A program made the position numbers and the translations under genes. This document shows positions 1 to 11,001 of a stretch of DNA of 64,000 nt, one piece after another. Within the stretch, counting starts at the first letter, position 1. The number at the start of each line of letters is the position of its first letter. A model generated the notes under the pieces. The model was given only the letters and a program-made list of their open reading frames with translations, was not told where the DNA came from and ran no database searches. This DNA is from a virus: the IMG/VR virus record IMGVR_UViG_3300025889_000075, positions 64,001 to 128,000 of that record; one strand, written 5' to 3'.

Positions 1-1
1 T

Positions 2-2068
2 GGTACAGTTACTCTCGCAGATTCTACTCTTGAAATCGCTACTGATGATAACTTAAAGGTCTTGATGACTGGAGACTTGGTAGCAGGAGTTGGTCCTACC
101 TTAACATTCTCTTTGAATCCGACAACAGTTACTGCTGGATCATACGGAAGCAGCACTGAGATACCAACATTCACAGTTGATTCTGAAGGTCGTTTGACTG
201 CTGCTGGTACTGCTTCGGTATCACACACTATTACGCTTGCTGCTGATGTTGGTAGCAACGACACATATACTACTGGTAGCACATTAACATTTTCTGGTGG
301 AACTGGTTTAACTTCAGTTGTTGCTGACGATGAAATAACATTTAGACTTGATAGCACCGCAGTAACTCCTGGATCATATGGTAGTTCTACTGCTATCCCA
401 ACGTTTACAGTTGACGCTCAAGGTCGATTGACCGCTGCTAGTACAGCAAGTATTGCTTCTACTTTAGATGTTTCCGCTGAAGGTGCGGACTCTATTGGAA
501 TTAATCTCCTAGACGAAACATTAGACTTTAGGGCATCTGGACCAACTGGCGCGTTAACAGTTGCAACCAACTCTGGTGCTAATTCAGTAACATATGCTAT
601 CGCTACAGCAACCTCTTCTCAACACGGTGTTGCGACATTTAATACTGCTGACTTTGGTGTTTCTTCCGGTGATGTAACAATCAAGACTGGTGGTGTAAGT
701 AATACTCAGTTAGAAAATAGTTCTATCACAATCAACGGAAGGGCATATTCTCTTGGTGATACTGCTACTATCGGAACTGATAGTGTTAGTGAAGGTTCAA
801 CCAACCTTTATTACACTGATGCGAGATCTAGGGCAGCAATTAGCGTAACAGACGCTGGTGGTGATGGGTCATTAGGATATAATAGTGGCACTGGTGTTAT
901 TACCTATACTGGACCAAGTGCCGCAGAAACAAGAGCACATTTTAGTGGTGGCACTGGTGTTACCATTACCAATGGTGAAATAGCAATTGGTCAGGACGTT
1001 GGAACTTCTGCCAATGTAACTTTCCAAACCGTTACCGTTGATGATTTAACAATTGTCGGCACTCAAACGATTATCCAATCTCAGACCTTGACCATCAAGG
1101 ATCCAATGATCCACCTTGCTGATAGCAATGAAACTTCTGATGCAGTGGATATTGGTTTTGTTGGACACTACAGCGATGATGCTGGAGCGACTAAGAAACA
1201 TACTGGTATTTTCCGAGACGCAAGTAACGGACAATATTATATCTATGAAGGTCTTATTGATAGCGATCTTGACAGCGTTACTCCAACGAATAATATTGAT
1301 AGAAGCGGAACAGGATTTACGCTTTCAACGTTAAACGTCGGTACTCTTGTTGGTCAATATGCTGGATTTGATTCAGACTTTACTGCGAAATCTACTGCTG
1401 ACCTTTCTGAAGGTTCAAATCTTTACTATACTGATGAGAGAGTATATGACGCTGTTGCGGCAATGCTTGGAAATGGTTCGCAAACAAATATTACTGTTTC
1501 CTCGACAGATGGTACTGATGATCTAACGTTTAGTGTTGCAACAGCAACTTCTTCAACGCTTGGTGTCGCGTCGTTTAATTCTTCTCAGTTCACTGTTACT
1601 GGTGGAGCAGTAAGTCTTAACGCTCTTGGAAACGCAGGATTACAATTTAATTCTATAACCATCGGCGATAGTTCGGTTGCTCTGGGTGAAACAATTACTG
1701 ATATTACTGGATTGACAGGATTATCTGTTGACAATATTAGAGTCAATGGTAATGATATAACGTCAACAGATACTAATGGTAATATAAACCTCACACCAAA
1801 TGGTGCTGGCAAAACTGTAATTACTAACCTTTATGTTGGTGACGCGTCGACAAGCGCCGAAGAATATATTGAGGATACAATTGCTACTGCCTTGTCATCA
1901 GGTGAAGGTATAACGATTACGTACACTGACGGGACTGGAGAAATTAATATTGCTGCGGAATTAGCAACTACGTCTAATCCTGGTGTGGCAAGTTTCGACG
2001 CTACCAACTTTGATGTTTCAGGGTCTGGAGCAGTAACTATAGATACAATTGATGGTGGTACTTACTAA
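2..2068 (+). CDS. Tail fibre / baseplate-associated fibre protein, 5'-truncated by window edge
   Basis: Frame is open from position 2. T/S/G-rich with repeats (GSYGSST.IPTFTVD..GRLTAA; SEGS.NLYYTD.R; ATSS..GVA.F), and ends in IDGGTY as in T4-like fibre proteins. Confidence 0.7.
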   Translation, partial: GTVTLADSTLEIATDDNLKVLMTGDLVAGVGPTLTFSLNPTTVTAGSYGSSTEIPTFTVDSEGRLTAAGTASVSHTITLAADVGSNDTYTTGSTLTFSGGTGLTSVVADDEITFRLDSTAVTPGSYGSSTAIPTFTVDAQGRLTAASTASIASTLDVSAEGADSIGINLLDETLDFRASGPTGALTVATNSGANSVTYAIATATSSQHGVATFNTADFGVSSGDVTIKTGGVSNTQLENSSITINGRAYSLGDTATIGTDSVSEGSTNLYYTDARSRAAISVTDAGGDGSLGYNSGTGVITYTGPSAAETRAHFSGGTGVTITNGEIAIGQDVGTSANVTFQTVTVDDLTIVGTQTIIQSQTLTIKDPMIHLADSNETSDAVDIGFVGHYSDDAGATKKHTGIFRDASNGQYYIYEGLIDSDLDSVTPTNNIDRSGTGFTLSTLNVGTLVGQYAGFDSDFTAKSTADLSEGSNLYYTDERVYDAVAAMLGNGSQTNITVSSTDGTDDLTFSVATATSSTLGVASFNSSQFTVTGGAVSLNALGNAGLQFNSITIGDSSVALGETITDITGLTGLSVDNIRVNGNDITSTDTNGNINLTPNGAGKTVITNLYVGDASTSAEEYIEDTIATALSSGEGITITYTDGTGEINIAAELATTSNPGVASFDATNFDVSGSGAVTIDTIDGGTY

Positions 2069-2084
2069 AATTTAATTTGATTAT

Positions 2085-2109
2085 ACCCCCATTTTTATGG
2101 GGGTTTTTT
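2085..2109 (+). terminator. Rho-independent terminator
   Basis: Stem-loop ACCCCCAT-TTTT-ATGGGGGT followed by a T run, just after the stop at 2068. Confidence 0.75.
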
Positions 2110-2128
2110 ACCTTTTTTAAGGATCGAG

Positions 2129-5100
2129 ATGGCTCAGAATATCATTCTCAAGAAGTCTTCCGTTCTCGGAAGGATTCCTGACAGTTCAGATTTGGCATAT
2201 GGCGAACTTGCGCTCAACTATTCTGACGGTAAACTTTATTATAAAAAGTCAAACAATGAAATAGACTTTTTCTTAACCGATTCAAATCTCGATTCTGATT
2301 TCATTACTAGCAGAGTTTCTGCTGGTTCATTAGCACTAACCAATTCTCAAATAAGCGCAGTCGTTGACGAATTAACCAACGACATCAAACCATTACTCGA
2401 CGCGCTCTACGATATTGGTGACTCAGTTAGAACATGGAAAGATCTTTACTTAGATTCTCAGGGTAAAGTTTATTTTGGACCTAGTAACTTTTTCAATTTA
2501 TCTAAACTAAATTCTATCTTAGATTCTGCAGATGTAGTCAGTTTAATTAATAATAATGTTACCGGATTAAACTCTGACCAAGCAAATACATTAATTGATG
2601 CCAAAATTCAAATAATCGACATTGGCGATATTGTTGGCGCTGACGGTAACTCCGGACAAATACTTAAGAGTTTAGGCAACGGTAATGCTACTTGGATTAA
2701 TCAAGCAGATCTTGTTCGCCCACATTTAGTTGCTGGTGCAAACATTACATACGATTCTGCGACAGGTGTTATTACTGCCGATTTATCTTCAGCGGGTTTA
2801 GATTCTGCTGCTGTAACTGGGATAATAGATTCTGCTTATATCCAAGCACGTCAAGCAGATATCTTCCGAGACTCAGCGTTTATAACTGGGATTATTGATA
2901 CTGCTTATATTCAGGCAAGGGATCGTATCCGCGATTCTAATTTTGTTCAGGACATCGTTGATTCAGCATATGTTCAATTACGCCAAGCAGCACCTACTGC
3001 TGCTCAGGTGCGACCGTTTATGGTCGCTGGTGCAAACATTACTTATGACTCAGCAACTGGTGTAATTAGTTCAACTGCGAGCGGAACTCTCGATTCTGCT
3101 GCAGTTATCGGGATAATCGACTCTGCCTATATTCAAGCAAGAGATCGATATAGAGACTCTGGGTTTGTAACGGGACTAATTGATTCATCTTATATTAATT
3201 CAAGAGTAACAGCTTCAACTGATTCTTCTACTGTTAATACTCTGATTGACGCAAAGATTCAAGTAATCGACATAGGTGATGTTGTTGGAGCAGACGGTAA
3301 TTCGGGTCAGGTTCTCAAGAGTTTAGGAAACGGTAACTCTACTTGGGTTAATACGTCAACCTTCGTCACTTTAGATTCTTCCACATTAACAAGTGGGTTT
3401 GCTGGTAATATAATTCCAGCGACAGATTCTACTTATGATCTTGGTGATTCTACTCGCCGTTGGAGAGACTTATATCTCTCCGGTAATACAATTTACCTTG
3501 GCGACAGTGCAGTATTAACGGCAGCGAAAGTTAATCTTATTCCTTCAGTCGCTTTAGATTCATCAATAATTTCTTCTATTGCAGTAACTGCTGCAGGTGG
3601 AATCGATTCAGCATTAACAATTTCTTTAATTGATTCTGCTTATGTTCAAGCAAGACAAACGGTTTATCTTGACAGTTCAACAGTTCAGGGTGTTATTTCT
3701 GCTGCTTATATTCAGGCGAATCAAACTACTTATTCAAACGCTGATTTCGCTGATAGTGCGTTTGTAACTGCTCAGATTAATAATTTGATCGATGGAGCAC
3801 CAGGTGCTCTTAATACATTAAATGAGTTGGCAGCTGCTCTTAATGATGACAGTGATGCTTATAATACATTACTTTCGTTAATTAACGCGAATACTTCAGC
3901 TGTTGCCGGTAAACTCGATTCAGCATTAACAATTTCTTTGATTGATTCTGCTTACATTGCTGCTAGAACTACCTCAGGAACTGATTCTGCCGCTGTTAAC
4001 ACGCTTATTGATGCTAAAATACAAGTAATTGACATTGGAGATGTCGTAGGCGCTGATGGTAACTCTGGTCAATTGCTTAAGAGTTTGGGTAACGGCAACT
4101 CAACGTGGGTTAATGCTGCTGATATAGTAAGACCGCAATTAGTAGCGGGTTCTAATATCACGTATGATTCTGCGACTGGTGTTATTTCTTCTAGTGCTAG
4201 TGGCGTTGACTCCGCGTTAACATCTCAATTGATCGATTCAGCATATGTTCAATTGAGACAAATTAAATATTCTACTGCTGATTTCGTAGATTCTGCTTAC
4301 GTAACAACACAAATCAACAATTTGATCGATGGCGCTCCTGGTGCATTAAATACACTTAATGAATTAGCAGCTGCTTTAAATGACGACAGTCAGGCATATA
4401 ATACTCTACTTGCATTAATTAATGCTAATACTACAGCTGTTGCTGGTAAATTAGATTCTGCTCTTACTACACAATTAATCAATGCTGCGTATATTCAAGC
4501 GAACCAAACTAATTTCTTAGATTCCGCATTAACGACGCAGTTGATTAGTGCTGCCTATATTCAGGCGAATCAAACTACTTATGATTTTCTAGACTCAGCA
4601 GAAGTAATATCATTAATTGACTCTGCTTACATTGCTGCTAGAACTACTTCAGGCACTGACTCTGCTTCCGTTAATTCATTAATCGACGCGAAAATTCAGG
4701 TAATCGATATTGGTGATGTCGTCGGCGCTGATGGCAACTCAGGTCAATTACTTAAGAGTTTAGGCAACGGAAACTCAACTTGGGTTGATGCTTTTGATTC
4801 AACAGCAGTTTCTGGAATTCTTTCAGGATATGCTGGGAATATTGTTCCTTCTGCTGATTCTACTTATAGTTTAGGTTCTCCGACCAAAAAATGGAAAGAC
4901 TTATATCTCTCCGGGAATACAATTTATTTTGGCGATAGCGTAACGCTTTCTGCACAACAAGTTCAATATATTCCGACTTCTGTAGCGACTGTTGTTGACT
5001 CTGCCAGTGTTCGTGCTTTGTTCACTAGCGCAGGAGATTTGAATTATAACGAATCTACAGGAACATTTAGTTTAACAGTTTCTTCTGTTGTTGACTCTGC

Positions 5101-8100
5101 TTATATTGCTGCTCGATCTGGTGCGATAAGTTCCGTCAATAACAATTTTAATCCTGGTGCAAATCAACAGTACAGTTTGGGTGATTCTAACAATCGTTGG
5201 AAAGATTTGTATTTAAGCGATAGTAGTATTATATTTGGTACAACTGCGACGTTGACTGCTGCTAAGATTAATCTTATTCCGACGGTTCTTCTTGATTCAG
5301 CGATAATTAAAAATACAATTATTGACGCTGCTTATATTCAGGCGAATCAAACTACCTATTCTACGGCAGATTTCGTAGATTCTGCTTATGTAACAACACA
5401 AATTAATAATCTGATTGACGCTGCTCCTGGTGCATTAAATACACTTAATGAATTAGCAGCTGCCCTTGGTGATGATGCAAACTTTAGCACAACTATCACA
5501 AACCAAATTGCTGGAAAACTTGATTCGTCATTAACCACGCAACTTATTGATTCTTCTTATATTCAATTAAGACAAGCAGCGCCAACAGCATCTCAAGTTA
5601 GAGCGTTCTTGGTCGCTGGATCAAACGTCACGTATGATTCTGCAACTGGTGTTATCTCTGCTTCTGTCAGCGGCGGTAGCGGGATTAATTCCGACCAAGC
5701 AAATACATTAATTGATGCTTCTATTCAAGCAATTGATATTGACGATTTTACGAATGTATCAGGCACTAATGGGTATTTCCTTAAGAGTCTTGGAAACAGA
5801 GAGGCAACTTGGGCAACAATACCTGCCAGCGGTTTAGATTCTTCAGCAGCAATCGCATTAATCGATTCAGCATATATCCAAGCAAGACAGACAGATATTT
5901 TCAGAGACTCTGCGTTTATAACAGGATTAATTGATTCAGCATATATTCAAGCGAAACAATCTGATATCTTTAGAGATTCTGCTTTTGTAACAGGAATTGT
6001 TGATACTGCCTATATTCAGGCAAGAGATCGAATTCGTGATTCTAATTTTGTTCAGGACATCGTTGATTCAGCGTATGTTCAGTTAAGACAAGCAGCGCCT
6101 ACTGCCGCTCAAGTTAGAGCGTTCTTAGTTGCTGGTAGTAACATTACTTATGATTCTGCTTCGGGTGTAATTTCTTCGACTGCTAGTGGTTCTTTAGATT
6201 CTGCTGGTGCTATTGCATTAATCGATTCTGCTTACATTCAAGCACGGCAATCATCTGGAGGCGGTGGAGGAATTGATTCTGCTGCCGCCAATATTTTAAT
6301 TGACGCTTCTATTCAAGCAATTGATATCGACGATTTCACTAATGTAAGCGGAACTAATGGGTATTTCCTTAAAAGTCTAGGAAACAGAGAAGCAACTTGG
6401 GCAACGATACCTGCTAGTGGGTTAGATTCTGCTGCTGCTATAACGTTGATCGATTCTGCATATATTCAAGCAAGACAAGCAGACATCTACAGAGATTCTG
6501 CCTTTGTCACTGGTATTGTTAATGCTTCATATATTCAATCTAACCAAACTAATTTCTTAGATTCCTCATTAACAACACAGCTAATTAATGCGGCGTATAT
6601 TCAGGCAAATCAAACTACCTATTCGACTGCTGATTTTGTCGATAGTGCTTATGTTACTGCCCAGATCAATAGTTTAATTGACGGTGCGCCAGGAACTCTA
6701 GATACGTTAAATGAAATTGCGGCAGCAATTAACGACGACGCAAATGCTTACACAACCCTAGTAGGTTTGATTAATGCAATGCCAGATTCTTCTTGGATTA
6801 CTGCATTGCCTGTTAGCACCTTTAGTAATGATGCAAATTATCTTGACAGCACAACTGTACAAGGGGTAATTTCTTCTTCTTATATTCAGACAAATCAAAC
6901 TACCTATTCAACGGCAGATTTTCCGGATAGTGCTGGTGTAATCACATTAATTGCCGCAAATGAGACAACTTATTCGACTGCTGATTTTACTGATTCTGCC
7001 TATGTTGCAACTCAACTGGCAACAATAGACTCTGCTTATGTTCAGTTACGTCAAGCAGCACCAACAGCAGCACAAGTTAGAGCGTTCTTAGTTGCTGGGT
7101 CGAATATAACATACGATTCTGCTACTGGTGTTATCAGTTCAACTGCTAGTGGTGGTGTAGATTCTGCTGCTGCTAATAGTTTAATCGACGCTAAAATTCA
7201 GGTTCTTGATATTGGCGATGTTGTTGGAGATGACGGTAACTCTGGTCAATTGCTTAAGAGTTTGGGTAACGGTAACTCAACTTGGGTTAATGCTGCTGAT
7301 ATAGTAAGACCACAGTTAGTTGCAGGCAGCAACATTACTTATGATTCTGCTACTGGTGTAATTAGTTCAACTGCAAGCGGTACATTAGATTCTAATGCAG
7401 TAATCGGCATTGTCGATTCCGCTTATATTCAGGCGAGACAGGCAGATATATTCCGAGACTCTGCCTTTATAACAGGAATTATCAGTTCCTCTTATATTCA
7501 ATCTAATCAAACTAACTTTTTAGATTCTGCTTTAACAACACAGTTGATTAGTGCTGCCTATATTCAGGCGAATCAAACTACGTATTCAACGGCAGATTTC
7601 CCAGATAGTGCTTATGTAACAACGCAGATTAATAATTTAATTGATGGTGCACCTGGTGCGCTTAACACCTTGAATGAATTAGCAGCAGCGTTGAATGACG
7701 ACAGTCAGGCATATAATACATTACTCGCTCTAATTAATAGCAACACAACAGCAATTGCAGGAAAGTTAGACTCTGCTCTTACTATCTCTTTAATAGATTC
7801 AGCATATGTTGCTGCAAGAAGTTCAGCAGGAAGCAGCGGTTTAGATTCTGCTGCAGCAAACAGTTTAATTGATGCTAAAATACAAGTAATTGATATCGGT
7901 GATGTTGTTGGAACTGACGGTACTTCTGGACAAATACTAAAGAGTTTAGGAAACGGTTCTTCTACTTGGATTGATCAAGCAGATCTTGTTCGTCCTCATC
8001 TGGTTGCTGGATCAAATATCACATATGATTCATCCACTGGTGTAATTAGTTCAACTGCTAGTGGCGGTGGTTTAGATTCTGCTGGTGCTATTGCATTAAT

Positions 8101-10696
8101 TGACTCTGCATATATTCAAGCAAGACAAACAGATGTATATCGTGATTCTGCTTTCGTTACTGGTATTGTTACAGCGTCTTATATTCAATCTAATCAAACT
8201 ACGTATTCTACTGCAGATTTTGTTGATTCTGCTTATGTTACTACCCAGTTAGCAACAATAGACTCAGCATATGTCCAGTTACGTCAAGCAGCACCTACTG
8301 CTTCACAGGTTCGTGCTTTCTTAGTTGCTGGTAGTAATATCACTTATGATTCAGCGAGCGGTGTTATTAGTTCAACTGCTAGTGGTGGTAGTGGTTTAGA
8401 TTCAGCAGCAGCAAATATTCTAATTGACGCTTCAATTCAAGCAATTGACATCGACGACTTCACTAATGTTTCTGGTACTAATGGATATTTCCTCAAGAGT
8501 ATCGGTAATCGTGAAGCAACTTGGGCAACGATACCTGCTAGTGGATTAGATTCTGCGTCGGTAATATCGTTAATTGATTCTGCTTATATCCAAGCAAAAC
8601 AGTCTGATATCTTCAGAGATTCAGCGTTTGTAACTGGGATTATTGATACTGCCTACATTCAAGCAAGAGATCGTATTAGAGACTCTAACTTTGTTCAAGA
8701 TATTGCTGATTCTGCTTATGTCCAGTTGAGACAAGCAGCACCAACAGCATCTCAGGTTAGAGCGTTTTTAGTTGCTGGTAGTAACATTACTTATGATTCC
8801 GCTTCGGGTGTTATCAGTTCAACTGCGAGCGGGTCATTAGATTCTGCTGGCGCTATAGCATTAATAGATTCTGCTTATGTACAGTTACGACAAGCAGTAC
8901 CAACGGCAGCACAGGTAAGACCATTCTTAGTCGCTGGTAGCAATATCACTTATGACTCAGCGACTGGTGTAATTTCTTCGACTGCTAGTGGTGGTGGTAG
9001 CGGAATCGATTCTGCTGCTGCTAACTTATTAATTGATGCGTCGATACAAGCAATTGATATTGATGATTTCACTAATGTGTCAGGAACAAACGGCAAATTC
9101 CTTAAGAGCGTAGGTAACAGAGAAGCGACTTGGGCGACAGTGATGGATTCTTCTGGTGTTTCTGGTATGCTTTCAAGTTATGCCGGAAATATTGTTCCCG
9201 CTCTTGACTCTACTTATGACCTTGGATCTTCTTCTAAGAAATGGAAAGATCTTTGGTTGAGTGGTAGCACCATTCACTTAGGCACGGCAAAACTTAAAGC
9301 GGCAGCAGATGGTAATCTTGAAGTATTTGATAGTACTGGTACAACTCGTAAGAGTTTACAAGTTGACGAATTGATTATTGGTACTGGTACGAATAAGATT
9401 AAACTGCGTAAATCTGGTTCTGGTCGATTCGAAGCGAAAAGGTTTAATTCTACAACTGATACTGAAGTAGATTCAGACGCTACTAACGTAATTGTTGTTA
9501 AAGTAAGCGGAAGTGCTTATCAGTTAGATGGAACAACTCGCGCTGATACATTTATGAGTCCAAACGTAACCTATCGTTTTGATCAGTCTCATTCAAGTAA
9601 CAGCGGTCATCGATTAGCAATTTCAACCACAAGCGATGGTACTCATAACAGCGGTGCTGAAATAACTGGAGCGTCTGTTTATAATCAGGTTGGAACTCCT
9701 GGTTCTTCTGGAGCATATACTGAAATTGCTTTTGCTGCAGGAAACACGAAGTATTATTACTATTGTGAATCGCATAGTGGATATGGTGGTACAATTAATA
9801 CACATCCATGGTCTGCTATTTCAGTAACAGATGCAGGTGGTGATGGTTCGTTAACGATGTCAACCAAAGGTGTTATTACTTACACTGGACCAAGTGCTTC
9901 TGAAGTAAGAGCGCATATTGATTCTTCTTATATTCAGGCAAGGCAAGCAGCACCAACAGCAGCACAGGTAAGACCATTCTTAGTTGCTGGCAGCAATATC
10001 ACTTATGACTCCGCTACTGGCGTAATTAGTTCAACAGCGTCAGGTGGTGGCGGTAGTGGTGGTTTAGATTCAGCAGCAGTAATATCTTTAGTTGACTCTG
10101 CTTATGTACAATTAAGGCAGTCTGCTGGAGGTGGCGGTGGTGGATCACAAAATGTGTTCTCAACAATTGCTGTCTCGGGTCAGTCGAGTGTTGTCGCTGA
10201 TACTACAACGGATACGCTAACTCTTGTTGCTGGCAGCAATATTACGTTAACAACCAATGCTTCTACTGATACTATTACTATTGCATCATCTGGCGGTGGT
10301 GGCGGTGGTGCTAGCAGTTTAATCTTTACAATGGATCAATTTGGTACACTAGCGACTACTACAGGTACTGCAAGGTGGTATGCACCGTTTGATTTAACAG
10401 TTAGTAAGATTATCGGTAGGGTTGACAGTGCACCAACTGGAGGATCTATAGATAGTTCTGGCATTGAATTTAGAATACATCGTTACGATTCTACTGGATC
10501 ATCAATAGATACTTTAATGGCTATAAATAATGGTAGTTATAATGTTAAAAATACAAGTCCAACACTAGATTCTGCTGGTGGTGGTGGAGCAGTTACATTT
10601 ACAATGAATGAAGACGATTACCTTCTTCTCGATGTTGAAAAAGTAGGGTCAACTCTTCCAGGACAGAACTTAAAAGTAACCTTTGTATATTCGTAG
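2129..10696 (+). CDS. Giant (2855 aa) modular repeat tail-fibre/virion protein, Asp-Ser rich
   Basis: N-terminal LAYGELALNYSDGKLYYK fibre-anchor-like motif; 5x QINNLIDGAPGALNTLNELAAALNDD coiled-coil motif; 5x YDLG...WKDLYLS motif; cupredoxin-like YYYCESHSGYGG near the C-terminus. Confidence 0.75.
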   Translation: MAQNIILKKSSVLGRIPDSSDLAYGELALNYSDGKLYYKKSNNEIDFFLTDSNLDSDFITSRVSAGSLALTNSQISAVVDELTNDIKPLLDALYDIGDSVRTWKDLYLDSQGKVYFGPSNFFNLSKLNSILDSADVVSLINNNVTGLNSDQANTLIDAKIQIIDIGDIVGADGNSGQILKSLGNGNATWINQADLVRPHLVAGANITYDSATGVITADLSSAGLDSAAVTGIIDSAYIQARQADIFRDSAFITGIIDTAYIQARDRIRDSNFVQDIVDSAYVQLRQAAPTAAQVRPFMVAGANITYDSATGVISSTASGTLDSAAVIGIIDSAYIQARDRYRDSGFVTGLIDSSYINSRVTASTDSSTVNTLIDAKIQVIDIGDVVGADGNSGQVLKSLGNGNSTWVNTSTFVTLDSSTLTSGFAGNIIPATDSTYDLGDSTRRWRDLYLSGNTIYLGDSAVLTAAKVNLIPSVALDSSIISSIAVTAAGGIDSALTISLIDSAYVQARQTVYLDSSTVQGVISAAYIQANQTTYSNADFADSAFVTAQINNLIDGAPGALNTLNELAAALNDDSDAYNTLLSLINANTSAVAGKLDSALTISLIDSAYIAARTTSGTDSAAVNTLIDAKIQVIDIGDVVGADGNSGQLLKSLGNGNSTWVNAADIVRPQLVAGSNITYDSATGVISSSASGVDSALTSQLIDSAYVQLRQIKYSTADFVDSAYVTTQINNLIDGAPGALNTLNELAAALNDDSQAYNTLLALINANTTAVAGKLDSALTTQLINAAYIQANQTNFLDSALTTQLISAAYIQANQTTYDFLDSAEVISLIDSAYIAARTTSGTDSASVNSLIDAKIQVIDIGDVVGADGNSGQLLKSLGNGNSTWVDAFDSTAVSGILSGYAGNIVPSADSTYSLGSPTKKWKDLYLSGNTIYFGDSVTLSAQQVQYIPTSVATVVDSASVRALFTSAGDLNYNESTGTFSLTVSSVVDSAYIAARSGAISSVNNNFNPGANQQYSLGDSNNRWKDLYLSDSSIIFGTTATLTAAKINLIPTVLLDSAIIKNTIIDAAYIQANQTTYSTADFVDSAYVTTQINNLIDAAPGALNTLNELAAALGDDANFSTTITNQIAGKLDSSLTTQLIDSSYIQLRQAAPTASQVRAFLVAGSNVTYDSATGVISASVSGGSGINSDQANTLIDASIQAIDIDDFTNVSGTNGYFLKSLGNREATWATIPASGLDSSAAIALIDSAYIQARQTDIFRDSAFITGLIDSAYIQAKQSDIFRDSAFVTGIVDTAYIQARDRIRDSNFVQDIVDSAYVQLRQAAPTAAQVRAFLVAGSNITYDSASGVISSTASGSLDSAGAIALIDSAYIQARQSSGGGGGIDSAAANILIDASIQAIDIDDFTNVSGTNGYFLKSLGNREATWATIPASGLDSAAAITLIDSAYIQARQADIYRDSAFVTGIVNASYIQSNQTNFLDSSLTTQLINAAYIQANQTTYSTADFVDSAYVTAQINSLIDGAPGTLDTLNEIAAAINDDANAYTTLVGLINAMPDSSWITALPVSTFSNDANYLDSTTVQGVISSSYIQTNQTTYSTADFPDSAGVITLIAANETTYSTADFTDSAYVATQLATIDSAYVQLRQAAPTAAQVRAFLVAGSNITYDSATGVISSTASGGVDSAAANSLIDAKIQVLDIGDVVGDDGNSGQLLKSLGNGNSTWVNAADIVRPQLVAGSNITYDSATGVISSTASGTLDSNAVIGIVDSAYIQARQADIFRDSAFITGIISSSYIQSNQTNFLDSALTTQLISAAYIQANQTTYSTADFPDSAYVTTQINNLIDGAPGALNTLNELAAALNDDSQAYNTLLALINSNTTAIAGKLDSALTISLIDSAYVAARSSAGSSGLDSAAANSLIDAKIQVIDIGDVVGTDGTSGQILKSLGNGSSTWIDQADLVRPHLVAGSNITYDSSTGVISSTASGGGLDSAGAIALIDSAYIQARQTDVYRDSAFVTGIVTASYIQSNQTTYSTADFVDSAYVTTQLATIDSAYVQLRQAAPTASQVRAFLVAGSNITYDSASGVISSTASGGSGLDSAAANILIDASIQAIDIDDFTNVSGTNGYFLKSIGNREATWATIPASGLDSASVISLIDSAYIQAKQSDIFRDSAFVTGIIDTAYIQARDRIRDSNFVQDIADSAYVQLRQAAPTASQVRAFLVAGSNITYDSASGVISSTASGSLDSAGAIALIDSAYVQLRQAVPTAAQVRPFLVAGSNITYDSATGVISSTASGGGSGIDSAAANLLIDASIQAIDIDDFTNVSGTNGKFLKSVGNREATWATVMDSSGVSGMLSSYAGNIVPALDSTYDLGSSSKKWKDLWLSGSTIHLGTAKLKAAADGNLEVFDSTGTTRKSLQVDELIIGTGTNKIKLRKSGSGRFEAKRFNSTTDTEVDSDATNVIVVKVSGSAYQLDGTTRADTFMSPNVTYRFDQSHSSNSGHRLAISTTSDGTHNSGAEITGASVYNQVGTPGSSGAYTEIAFAAGNTKYYYYCESHSGYGGTINTHPWSAISVTDAGGDGSLTMSTKGVITYTGPSASEVRAHIDSSYIQARQAAPTAAQVRPFLVAGSNITYDSATGVISSTASGGGGSGGLDSAAVISLVDSAYVQLRQSAGGGGGGSQNVFSTIAVSGQSSVVADTTTDTLTLVAGSNITLTTNASTDTITIASSGGGGGGASSLIFTMDQFGTLATTTGTARWYAPFDLTVSKIIGRVDSAPTGGSIDSSGIEFRIHRYDSTGSSIDTLMAINNGSYNVKNTSPTLDSAGGGGAVTFTMNEDDYLLLDVEKVGSTLPGQNLKVTFVYS

Positions 10697-10704
10697 AGGA
10701 AAAA

Positions 10705-11001
10705 ATGGCAATTACAAATAATGACACTTTTGATTATTTAAAAACAAAATATAATCCACCAGAAGATTATATAGATGATTCAGCAGGTAGTGAAAGATCT
10801 TGGTTTTATTTTTCATCAAATACTGCCAATAATGAGCAGTTTCATGTAGATTATGTTTTTGAGAATGCTAATCAAGCAGAATTTATTATGTCGTCTATGT
10901 CAGGAACATATAAAGAAATGGTATCTATTGGATATGGAACTTTATCTGCAGCAGCTGCTGAACATTGGACAGAAATTGTTAGTGTTGAAGGAGAAGAATA
11001 A
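10705..11001 (+). CDS. Hypothetical protein (fibre-associated)
   Basis: GAGGA SD; TAATG coupling to the next gene. Confidence 0.6.
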   Translation: MAITNNDTFDYLKTKYNPPEDYIDDSAGSERSWFYFSSNTANNEQFHVDYVFENANQAEFIMSSMSGTYKEMVSIGYGTLSAAAAEHWTEIVSVEGEE

